A stretch of 64,000 bases of DNA from Bigelowiella natans CCMP2755 (GCA_000320545.1 ADNK01001197.1:186001-250000); one strand, 5' to 3'; shown: positions 1 to 10,446, counted from the first letter of the stretch. Notes: generated from the letters alone by a model not told the origin. A program made the numbers and translations.

Positions 1-208
1 AAGCCGCAGTCACCGATTTAGCAACAATAGCAACTCCCCACATTCACCATCATCAAATCGCCCCAACCACGTTAAGATGGCAGAGTTTAGGTCGAGAGAT
101 CTACGAAATCGGGGGAACTTCAGCTCTTCCCCGCCTGTGTCTCCATGGAGAGCATCACAGATGAATCGCCAGAAATCAAACCGAAATCGTGTTCCGTGGC
201 GTAGGTAG
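1..208 (+). CDS. 3' end of an unidentified gene (Ser/Arg/Asn-rich C-terminus, partial)
   Basis: Frame starting at nt 2 is open to TAG at 206-208 (SRSHRFSNNSNSPHSPSS...NRNRVPWRR*); normal TA content, unlike the DNA that follows. Confidence 0.4.
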   Translation, partial: SRSHRFSNNSNSPHSPSSNRPNHVKMAEFRSRDLRNRGNFSSSPPVSPWRASQMNRQKSNRNRVPWRR

Positions 209-574
209 CTCAAATCTTGAGAAGTTTGGAGACTGGTTAATTGGCCACAATGAGCTTCTGCTCAAATGGACAACCCAACAAATGTCAAACATTCTTGTTA
301 ACCAAAACAAACACATCTAAACGCATGTGCATCAATGTTCACATTTGTGGCTGCGCGAAGCGTGACTTGGTCGACACGGTCGTCAGCAATCATGTTAACA
401 ACACAGTGATTTGCACATCTAGCCAGCATGCTAGTATGCGCCATGCACAGTCGCGTGTAGTCGACCTCACATGATCAAAAAGCAGCATGGCTGGCTATAG
501 CCAGGCTGGTCGGTCTAGCGATGCAATGTGTGGATGGCGACCGCTGTGCGACGATCTATCTATGTCCATGTAAC

Positions 575-1015
575 CACATTAGCATTGCACAATTTGCAGC
601 TTGCCGCAAAAAGCGCAGCGTCGCGTGCGTGCAAAAAAATGATTGCATTGAGCATGTGCGCACAGTCGCTTGCGCGTGCACAGCTGCGCGCACTTTTGCA
701 TCGCGCGCATTTGCATTGCGCACGATGCACGTGTGCACACATCGTGCTGCGTGGACGTGCAGTTGTGGCGCACGTGCGCACGTGCGCACATGCACTGCAC
801 GCTCGTGCGTTCCAAAGATGCATGCACGCACGTGTCTGCACGTTGTTTGTTGCGCAATTTTGCAATGCAACGCTCACGTTTTTCGATGAAAAAACGATCG
901 TGCATTGCGTGCGATGCAACTGCACGAGTGCACGCACGCTAGCACGCGTGCACGTGTTCAACGTGCGCAGCCGTCACCAGTGCTTTGGCAGAGCCCGCTG
1001 CCTTGCTCTGTTTGC
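575..1015 (+). repeat. Left long inverted arm of the transposon
   Basis: ~695-763 TTTGCATCGCGCGCATTTGCATTGCGCACGATGCACGTGTGCACACATCGTGCTGCGTGGACGTGCAGT matches the reverse complement of ~4160-4228 with 1 mismatch; ~585-700 matches rc of ~4525-4655; ~870-895 matches rc of ~4078-4103; ~982-1015 matches rc of ~3898-3932. Confidence 0.9.
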
Positions 1016-1146
1016 ACTTTGAGCTGCCATGACAATTTGCTCGCCGTGCAGCGCGTGCAGTGCAAAAAGTGACGCTTTTCAGCGGTGCATGCGATGGCAT
1101 GTCAAAACGACAACTTGCAACAAGCAGCAGCAGCGACACTCCAGCA

Positions 1147-1995
1147 TCAAATTTCAGACTCGTCGCTGCTGCTGCTAGAAAGCACCTTCTTCTCCCCGTC
1201 CCACACCGACTCTTCGAAAAAAAAAATGCCAATGTGCTGATTGGACTTGACCATTTCGCATTGCTCAATGGTGGTTCCATTCGGAACCCGCACATTGAAC
1301 TCGTGCTGGGAGGGAGGCAGTTTCAGTTTTTCAACGTTTCTTTGGCTCTGACTTGCTCAGAAGTCAGAGCCGCCACTTTCGTTGACAAAGCCACCACGTC
1401 AGCTTTTTCCTTTGGTGGCTTTGTTTTCATTGTCACCTGATGCGAACGAACACGCAAGGTGACATCGATTGTGACGAAGCTGCGCAGGGCTTCACATTGA
1501 GTTCCGCTGTGGAACTAGGTGCACCCATGTGAAAGCAAAAGTGAAATGGGAAAGCACCTTTGTCATCGAGTGGACTTTGTCCACCTCGAATTCATGTGAA
1601 GCCCTGCAGAGCTTGTTGATCAACATCCACGTCCCTGAGTCAAGCTCAACTTCAAAGGGCGTGGGGCCGCGGAGCAGCATCTGCTCCGCCAGGTCGCTCT
1701 CAGAGCGACCCATCTCCTCGTCTGCACTTGCGTCGGAGAGGTCATCACTGACCTCCGGATCGTGTTGCCGTGCTCTCTTTCGAGACGGCGTTGAGGAGGA
1801 GGAAAGGCTGCTAGCGGGTTCAAGTCCCAGGGTCCGCGCTCGGCGCTTCACCTGGTTCCCGTTGGCCTTCCCTCGGCCAGAACTGAAGCAAGTTTTCGAT
1901 GGATGAGCCCAGGGCCGGGCAAGCTTGTCAGGAGGGATCGTGCGGATCCACCCTTTCAATTTGCGGTCCATCTCGTCCGTCCACTTCAACCCCAT
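1147..1995 (-). pseudogene. Harbinger-associated Myb/SANT-like DNA-binding protein, degenerate
   Basis: MGLKWTDEMDRKLKGWIRT...PW...F....NQVKRRARTL fits the Myb/SANT W-T-x-E-x-D-x-x-L pattern; probable intron ending ~1438 and a frameshift ~1330; the 185-aa ORF 1492-2049 has no Tyr. Confidence 0.7.
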
Positions 1996-2070
1996 TGGAC
2001 GCAAGCTGCAATTTTTGCGCGCGAGCTGTTGTCGCACTCGCAACGGCAAAAATTGTCCTGCGTGGGGTCA

Positions 2071-2102
2071 CTTGCGACAAGGGACCGGGCCCTTGTCGCA
2101 AG
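2071..2102. promoter_or_regulatory. 32-bp near-perfect palindrome between the divergent transposon ORFs
   Basis: CTTGCGACAAGGG-accggg-CCCTTGTCGCAAG, perfect 13-bp arms; regulatory role is inferred from position. Confidence 0.45.
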
Positions 2103-2631
2103 GGAAAACACCCGCAGAAGCTAGGAGCACTCGAATGTCAAGTTTCGAGAAGCTAGCTTCGGGTCAGATTTGTGTCAAATCACCAGGATTGCAAGTTGCA
2201 CTTGTGCAATCCCGACAGGTGCAGCAGGCGCTTTGTCGCAACGACACAAAGCGTTTGTGCAATGCTTCTGTCGGGAAAACATTGCAACGTCCTGTTGATG
2301 TTTGTGACTCATCTCGACGATCCATGGAAAGCTCGAAGCTCGAAAAAAGCTCGAAGCACAGTGGGCCGTCGATGAAAGCTCGAAGCACACTTGACTTTGT
2401 CGGCGAGCTTTGGGGCCCCTGTTGGAGCTCAAAGCTCAAGCTGCAAAAGACAGGTGCTTTGGGCTCTGTGCTAGCGGGAAACCCACCCCCGCCCGCCACA
2501 GCGCCCACGTTGACGCCAAAGCTCGCGTGCGAAAAAAGCGCACTTTTTCGAAAGCGCAATTGCGCTTCGCGCTTCCAGATTTTTTCGAGCTTTTCGGCGC
2601 AATCGAGCTTTTTCAAAATTGAAATGCAAAC

Positions 2632-3940
2632 TTGGGTACAGGCTCCCATGAGCGTGCCGAAGTTCACAACGCACGTGTGGACCATTGCAACTTCCTCTCC
2701 TTCGTCTGTGAGTTTCACTTTGCTCACAGGAAGGAGGAGGAGAGAGAGGCCTGGGTGGGGCCATTCGAGAGCTACTTCCATGAGTTCTCGCACCCAGCCT
2801 GGATCTCCTCCTTCGGATCAACCGTGGAGGAAGTGCAGCATGCATGGGACAAATGCAGATGTGAAACAGGGTTGTTGCGCAAAGATGTCCTCATCGGACT
2901 GCACTTTGTGTGGGCACATCCGACCCAACATCAAGGTGCAGCCCTGTGGAGGATGCATCGCAACACTTGCAAGTGCAAGTGTTGGGTCCCCGCAATTGCA
3001 TTGTGGGCCCACATGAAAGAAATGAAAATGGACAACAGAAAACATGATTGCATCCACACCAAAGGTCTCGCCTCCCACGTGACCCTGTGCGTCGACGCCA
3101 CAGACGCGCCGATTGGCAAGCCTGCATCCAAGGCTGACCAACGGCGCTTCTGGACGTTTGAAAACAGGAAGTTTGCCAAGAGGCACGTGGCGGCGGCGGC
3201 ATCCGTCGCCACGGGGGACCTCGGGTTGGCAAAGCACACCCCGCTGCCACCGGTGACCTCCCCATCGTTCGTGGGGAAGCCGGGTCAGGCGGGGAGCGCC
3301 TCGACCTGCAGGTCGAGTGGTTTGAGCGAACAGGTGGGGATGGTGCCCACAGGTGTAGGCAGGACCCCAAGTGCATCGCTCCGCGGAGAAAACCGCGCAA
3401 CAAACCAATGGCTGCCGCCGACCGTGAGCACAACACGGAGCACGGCGGCACGCGTGTGATCGCAGAGAACGTGTTCTCCAGGGTCAAGTCCTGGGCGGTG
3501 ATGACCCCGTGGAGGCATCACCGTGATCTTCACGACATTTCTGCTGGCCTGGTGTTCCAATTGACCCAGGTAGGTGCAGAACGTCGTGAAGCTGCACCTG
3601 ATCACGCTGATTGCGTTCGGTATTGTTTCCACAGGTCAAGAACATTTTCAGACCTGTGAGGGCTGGTGTTCGCAACCAGCCCGGGACCAAGCGCAGCTGG
3701 GACGTGGCCCGGGCCACTGGCTCCGTGCCACGTGCAATTCCCGCTGCAAAGTCCAGGGCTGCACGCAGGACATTGGTCTTGCAAAAGCAGCCCAAGCGGA
3801 AAAAGGGTCGTGCCTCCTCGAAGCACGCTGTGGCGCAGGATGCTGCCATGCGTGCATGGGAGGAAAAGATCTACGCAATGCACGCGTGTGATGCAAGGGC
3901 AGACAGAGCAAGACAGCGAGCTCTGTCAAAGCGTGCATGA
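2632..3940 (+). pseudogene. PIF/Harbinger (DDE_Tnp_4-like) transposase, frameshifted and hypermutated
   Basis: D1 motif TLCVDATD (~3080-3105); after a frameshift at ~3230: KAHPAATGD, D2 motif GDGAH (3336-3350), E motif EHNTEHGGTRVIAENVFSRVKSW (3426-3494), then WRHHRDLH; GT-AG intron 3570-3634 (LTQ|VKNIFRP). Confidence 0.85.
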
Positions 3941-4670
3941 CACGTCTGCATCATCAACGCGCACGTGCAGACACGCACGCAAACGCGACACATGTGTGCA
4001 CGCACGTGCCAGCGTGCGCAGTGCGCAAGCATGCATGCACTCAGCTGCATTGCACGCGCATGCAGTTGCACGATTGACTTTTTTCATCGAAAAACGTGAG
4101 CGTCATTGTGTCGCAAAGTTCACGCAACAAACGACGTGTTGATGCGTGCGTGTGCATGCACTGCACGTCCACGCAGCACGATGTGTGCACACGTGCATCG
4201 TGCGCAATGCAAACGCGCGCGATGCAAATGTGTGGACATGCATGTCCCTACACGTGTAGCCGTCTACGACATGTCTAGCATGTGCACATCGCATGCTTCA
4301 CATGCACCCACAGCTGCACATGTGCCAAATGACAGCGCTCACATGTGCACAGATAGCATGCATCCATGTGTGCCATGTGTTGCTTGTGGTGCATGTGTAG
4401 TGGCTTGTTTGGTGCATGTGTGGATGTGAACAGAGCATGTGTGCTTTTTAGGTGCATGTGGTGTGCATGGGTGGATGTGTTCCTTGTGCGCGTACACGCA
4501 CATGGACATGTGTGTCCCCACACAAAAAGTGCGTGCAACTGTTCACGCGCGAGCTGATGCGCACGCGCAACTGACTGTGCGTGCGTGCTCAACGCAATCA
4601 GTTGTCTGCACGCACGCGACGCCGCGCTTCTTGCGGCAAGCTGCAATTGGTGCAATCTAGCAATGCCACA
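3898..4670 (-). repeat. Right long inverted arm, interrupted by a ~290-bp insertion (4230-4523)
   Basis: Reverse-complement similarity to 575-1015 in blocks; 4230-4523 has no counterpart on the left and is bounded by a degenerate 24-bp direct repeat. Confidence 0.85.
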
Positions 4671-5595
4671 CATGTCCCAGGGAACATGTGTGCTTTTGAC
4701 CCGGTACGCTCTATAGCCATACTAGCATGTAAGGCTATGTATCTAACAATGGCATGGATGTGGAACGTTAATCACAACTAGATGCATGTAACCCAGCAAC
4801 GTCAATTGTCCCAACGCTATGGCAACACGTCTAGAAGTGTGCGATGCGTGGACAACTAATGCACAGCTCTAGAGCGCTAGATAGCACATGATGCGCCACT
4901 CAGCAGTTACTTACATTGATTGTCTTCGATCATTGTCACAGATGTCATCTAGCTAGTAGATCTAGAGATGCTTTTGCTAATGGATTGGCGAATTGTAGCA
5001 ACATGCATGCTGGTGGTGCTTGCTAGCTTGTCAGTCTGTCATTCATTTTGACAGACCTCACTGTGCGACACCACTAGACCATGCTAGCATGCTCTTACGA
5101 AGCACATGCTGCATTTAGTGCATGTGTGGAAGATGTACGATGGCTTTGTTGCATCAGTGCATGCTCACTTTACTTTCATTCAGATTCGCGATGATCACGC
5201 ACATGCACAATGTCTAGATGTGACGTCAAACGCTTAGCACGCAACATCGGTCCCTTTGTAATCCCTTGTGAAATCATGCCTGATATTTTGATGGAACCGC
5301 CCTTGTGATGCACACCTAGTTCTTTTTTGCACCATTTGTGCGTCGTATGCCAGAATTGTCAAAACAAATTTCCACCAGGTTTCGGTCTAGTTGGATGATC
5401 ATGCTGAATAGCCTTGCGGGCCCTTCACACACAAACAATGTTTCATCGACACATAGTATCGCATCTTTCGCAGTGCATATATTCTTAGAAAGAATAGGCA
5501 CCCTAATTGACATTAAATTGAATGTCTGATAAAAATAATGCAATCTATTAACTGTACTATCCTTGTAAATCAACTTCATCTGCCTTGACGCCCAA

Positions 5596-6136
5596 TCAAT
5601 AAAATCCTATTTCGCCAAGGTTTTGTGTCAACACAAACTTCTTGCAAGCGCGGAACACCTGTGTACCCACATTTAATTGTAATGGCAGACTCAATGATTG
5701 ATAATGGGGTATCGTTACCCTATCTATATTGTCGGTGTCGAGCCCACATGTGAAGTACGTATACACGTTCTTTTCTACTTTGACCCTTGAAATAAACAAC
5801 TTCTGCACATATTTCTGGACTTCTTTCAATTCGTTCGGGCCTATAGAAGTGTCGTTTTACGTGAAATACACTTTCCGCATAATAACACATAATTAATACC
5901 TTCGTAGCCGAAGACACCTTTGAATGGGACATGTGGCAGTTTCTCTCGCAAGAGATCTATCTTATTCAGAAACAGAATCATACCGGATTCCGCAAAGGTA
6001 TCATTATTTGCTATTTTTTCAAATTCGTTCAGAGCCTAAAACATGCAAAAACAAAAATAATAATAAAGTTAGCTTCAAATTTCAGGACTCTTTTAGCGGA
6101 TGTGTTGGCACGGGAGGAGAAAGAGGGATACATATA

Positions 6137-6183
<47 letters not shown>

Positions 6184-7428
6184 AGAGATAGAAAGGGGGG
6201 GGGGGAAGGGAGAGTATAGATAAGCGAGAGATTCGTGTCCCCAACTGTAATTAGTTCGTACCTCATCCAAACGAGAAACCTTCTCGTCCTCATAAAGTAC
6301 TTGGTTGTACTCTGATATGGCTGCTATAAACATCACCGCAGTAATGCCCTAAGAAGATATTTATTTCTCATTTTATATAAGCAACTAAGTCTGTCTCCAA
6401 AGAAATACCTCGAAAAAATGAATCCACTTTTTCCTTTCGTTTCTTTGCCCGCCAACATCCACGAAACTAGGGCGTGGTAATTTTAGGATAGGTTCAGCTT
6501 TAAGCTTTTGCGACAATTAAGCTAACCCTTTTCATAAGGATACTTACGTGAACAAGGCGTTCTCTATCTTTAAGTTTCGTTCAGCGATACCCGTTGTTCG
6601 ATTTCTCGCTCTTTCAACACAAGAAAATCTATTCAGTTTAAGCGAACTACACTTTTGTATATGACTCATTAACCTTAAAATGTCGCAGTCTTTAGGCAGA
6701 AAACTGTTGCTTGAAATTCGTTTGATATCATTGAAGAAACTATGCAAAGTTCATGTTAACACACATTTCATAGGAGAAGAAAAAAAAATCTTACCTGGCT
6801 ACTGTATCTGGAAACTGAAGCTTCCCTCGTTCTCTAAAAATTTTCCTAATAATTTCGCTCTTCCACAGTTTCTATTTGTAAAAAAGTTCAAATTAATGTA
6901 TTAACGTTGTTATCGTGAAACTATTATTGCAGCACCTCTATCGCAACCCCGAGTTCAGGCTTCCAACCATCTTCTAGATATTCATCCGCCTCGGAGATTA
7001 TTTCAACATACTCCTCTAAATCAGAGCCTAGCTTCATCTCTTGATCCTCAGCATGATCTAGAATTTCCTGCATACTGGAGACTATGTTTCTTCGAATAAC
7101 AACCTTGAAACTGAGGACAGAAATATGTAAGGTTAAAGAATCGCTTTTAGAAATACGGTATGTTCAACTACTTCTCTTTCTCATGCTGCTCGAATGGGAC
7201 GCCAGCAAGAATCTGCATTTGTTTGAATATAGTTGATTTTCCAGATTCACCGGTTCCTAGTAGCAGAACTTTGGAAATCTCTGCTTGCTCTTTTGCGTCC
7301 TTCTCCATTTCCCTTCACGGAAAAAAATCTGTAAGGCAGGCTGAAGAAGTACTCTTTGAAGCTTACCTTTCGATAGCCTTAGTTTTTTTCGACATTTGAA
7401 CTTCTTCCTCCGATGCGCAGATCCCCAT
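5596..7428 (-). CDS. Heterotrimeric G-protein alpha subunit (multi-exon)
   Basis: MGICAS N-terminus (myristoylation/palmitoylation type), P-loop LLGTGESGKSTIFKQM, DILR|ARNRTTGI, DVGGQRNERKKWIHFFE, LFLNKID, TCGLDT, C-terminus VFRACKKFVLTQNLGEIGFY*; GT-AG introns. Confidence 0.95.
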
Positions 7429-8191
7429 CCTCTTTATCTTGAAATCTGACAAAAATCCAGTACACTTGTCACCAGCCGCCATTGTTGTACTCCCATTTTA
7501 AGTCATCACTTGTGATGTGAAGAAGTGTCGAACCAAAAAAAGACGCATGAAAATGAAATGTGGAGCAATAGGACTTATGTGATAGTGTTGAAGAACTTAC
7601 ACCAGTCCAGGATGCGATAATCTTCCTTTTCTTTTTATTTTCAGCTGTGGATCTGTTGGGGGGTGGATGTAAAATATTGGCTGGCCAGATTTTGCAGCGG
7701 AATTTTCGAGCGAGAATAATCCTGAATAAATCCCATATTTGGGATTCCACATATGTCTCTTGACTCAAAAGAAGTGAAATTTATGCATTTTCAATATCCC
7801 GTTAACGTTAAAAAAGGCTGAGTGGAGGAGGCCTGGCTTTTCTGATGCATGTCGCTAAATATATTACACATATATTATATGAAAGCGACACACGGTGACG
7901 TCCTCCTCTGCAAGTGGTTACAGTCTCCAATTAAGATGTAATACTGCAGGAAAATCTGCAGGAATTTGAATTATACGACAAGGCTTTGTGGTGAAATGAG
8001 GAAAACCGAAGTTTGCTAAGAAGTAGCAGATAAAACTTATGTCGTAGATGAAAATTAAAGGAGATTTAGTGTCAATTCGTAATTCAAATACGAACTTGTC
8101 GGTCATCCTCCGATTCATCATCACTGCAAGTAGTCAACCAACATCAAGCGACGATCGTACGATCGTAAGCTGCCTCCTATAAGGCTTACTC

Positions 8192-9333
8192 ATGATAATA
8201 CGGCTGACAGGTATGACATAGATGATGATAACAAAGAAACTTTTCATGATTTTTTTTTTCAGGAAACACTGGTCGAATTCGGTTTTTCTTTGTTGCTTTA
8301 TCGCTTGTGGTAATCGCCAGGGTGGGAGGCGAAGAGGTAAACAACCAAAAAATGACGAATCCCGTGCACAGTGAATGATTTGATGTCACAAAGGTGGAGA
8401 ATGACGACCTTGATGTAGGAGCCGAGTTCCTTGCTTTACAAAGGCTATTAAAATTGAGGTTCCAACCACGCGTCGTGATCGACGGGGGGGCAAATGTTGG
8501 TGACTGGTCAAGGGCTGTTAGGAAAATATTTCCTGCCGCTCAACTGCTCTTAATAGAGGCGAATCCAAACTTGGGAAATAAATTAAGAAGGTGCAACATG
8601 ATCCAAGCAAACATGGTTATTCCTCTTCTCACCTCTCCTGCATTATTTACATCATTTTAACTACTTCGAAAGGGTCTCAGAAGAGATTGGAAATGCGACC
8701 ACTATCATCGCTGCTCTGAACGATCAACGAATGGAGGTAGTTAGATGCATATATCTTCTATGTCGATATTCTTATATGTTTTGGGCTGAATGGATCCATT
8801 CCCTCGCAGTTACCGTTCTACATATCCGAACCGGAAAGTAAAGGTACAAAGCAACGAGAAGAATCTTTACATGGAGAATGAATGGAAGACTAAATGACCT
8901 TCTTCATGATAGGGAACTCACTATTTCGGGAAAATACAGAATATTTTGAAGATGCGATGGTGCAAAAGATAGATGCCAGGACTCTCGATGATATCTGTGA
9001 AGAAAACGTGCGTGCGTCATCTTTAAAATAGCGAGTAGTGTCATCAATACGAGTGTCGCAACCAAGAGTGTGATAGCAAAACACTTTCATTGGTGATAAA
9101 ATGCAGGGCTTACTTGGGATTGTGGATATACTCAAATTAGATGTTCAAGGAGCTGAACTAGTTGCTCTTCGAGGTCACTTATTTCTCCCATCTCACCTTC
9201 ATCATCAACACTTGATGGTTTTCTCACTCCTCCACCCTCCCCTTGTCTTTCTCAATTGATAAGGTGCAACGAAGGCGCTCAAATCAGTCTCGGTCGAACG
9301 CCGATATCCTCTAACCTGTCCATTCAACCCTAC

Positions 9334-9379
<46 letters not shown>

Positions 9380-9886
9380 ACTATATATGTAATATTTACA
9401 TGTATATTATTATCTGGGTGTCAGTTTAGCTGCTGTCTGTCTGTCTGTCTGTCTGTCTGTCTTCTGTATGGGGAAAAGAGGCAATAATAAGAGCCATGTT
9501 CTGTCTGATAGTATTGTTGTACATTGTTACCAGCTTGTTACTTTGGAACTATCGTTGATCGATTACAACCAGGTTCTCAGTAGAATGTTGTGTTATATTC
9601 GATGGCCATAGGGATGGTGGTTTTAGGAAGGTTGCCTTATCTTTGCTCATGTATCTTAGCTTCCTTTTTTTGGGGTTTTCTTTTCATACGAGCGTCTCTT
9701 CCAATGTTTCCTTTTTCAACCTCCCTTTCTCCTTCAGAATTCTAATTTGAGAATATTGATGTAGGGGGGGGCTTGCTACTTTGAAGTGGACGATTTTCTA
9801 CGATCCCAAGGATTCTCAATGTCTGTGTTATGGATTCCAAGAGAATATTTGCGTGCAAGAGTGTTCGTGTTTGCGTGCTTATGCGT

Positions 9887-9924
<38 letters not shown>

Positions 9925-10225
9925 GGGGGGGGAGAGGACAAAGGCATATTTGAGTCCACGAACTAAACATTAATAGGTATGATATCGTGGAGACGAAGTA
10001 TTCGTCGCTTTACAACACAACTGGGGTCATAATGTTTAATAATTAACGACGAAGATAAAGACAATTTCCCAGTCATTATCGATGGACCAAAAAAGACTAG
10101 CATCCATTATATTCCCGCCGCCTCTCTTCGTCACCATCATTCCTTCTTTTAAACAGGCCGGGCAAATCGACGCCATCTGGATTAAGCCTTCTTCACGGTT
10201 CGTCTACCATGCGACCTTGAATTAG
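8192..10225 (+). CDS. FkbM-family (Methyltransf_21) SAM-dependent methyltransferase with N-terminal hydrophobic anchor (multi-exon)
   Basis: Spliced MIIRLTG|NTGRIRFFFVALSLVVIARVGGEE|VENDD...VIDGGANVGDWS...LLIEANP; TLDD; DILKLDVQGAELVALRG; LELSLIDYNQ; QIDAIWIK; TAG at 10223-10225. Confidence 0.85.
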
Positions 10226-10446
10226 TTTGTAATATCTGTTGTCGCGAAAACGCCTAACTATCAATGCCAGTGCTTTTCTCTCTGCAGACTTACGAAATGC
10301 GCAATTCTGTGGCACTAAAAGACAATCAAGTGATGTTATCATAAGCAAAGAGATAAAGCCAACACAGAAAATTGGGGTACTTATTTTTTTTTCCCATAGG
10401 AACTGTGTCTTCTGTCCTCAACTCAACCAACTCAACCAACCAATAG

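Larger units (their letters stand above)
575..4670. mobile_element. Degenerate PIF/Harbinger-superfamily DNA transposon (Myb-like ORF + DDE transposase between long inverted arms), TpA-hypermutated
   Basis: Divergent Myb/SANT-like ORF (-) and DDE_Tnp_4-like transposase (+) is the canonical two-gene Harbinger layout; flanked by long imperfect inverted repeats. Exact termini and TSD not found; arms may extend to ~427 and ~4729. Confidence 0.85.

Noticed and set aside
521-1022. Cys/His-rich ORFs as metallothionein or zinc-finger genes (also 3871-4781)
   Set aside because: They overlap in all frames, lie in the inverted arms and follow from stop-codon loss.
1925-3016. 363-aa + ORF, and antisense ORFs 2164-2793, 2818-3408, 2891-3487
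   Set aside because: No recognisable motifs; they overlap the real transposon genes in TA-free DNA.
582-4247. CpG-methylation decay or fungal-type RIP as the cause of TG/CA richness
   Set aside because: CG is plentiful (GCGCGCG, CACG) and TA is what is missing; RIP would raise TA. Tyr->His recoding points from TA to CA.
5316-5579. 87-aa minus ORF after G-alpha
   Set aside because: G-alpha ends properly at 5596; this is probably 3' UTR.
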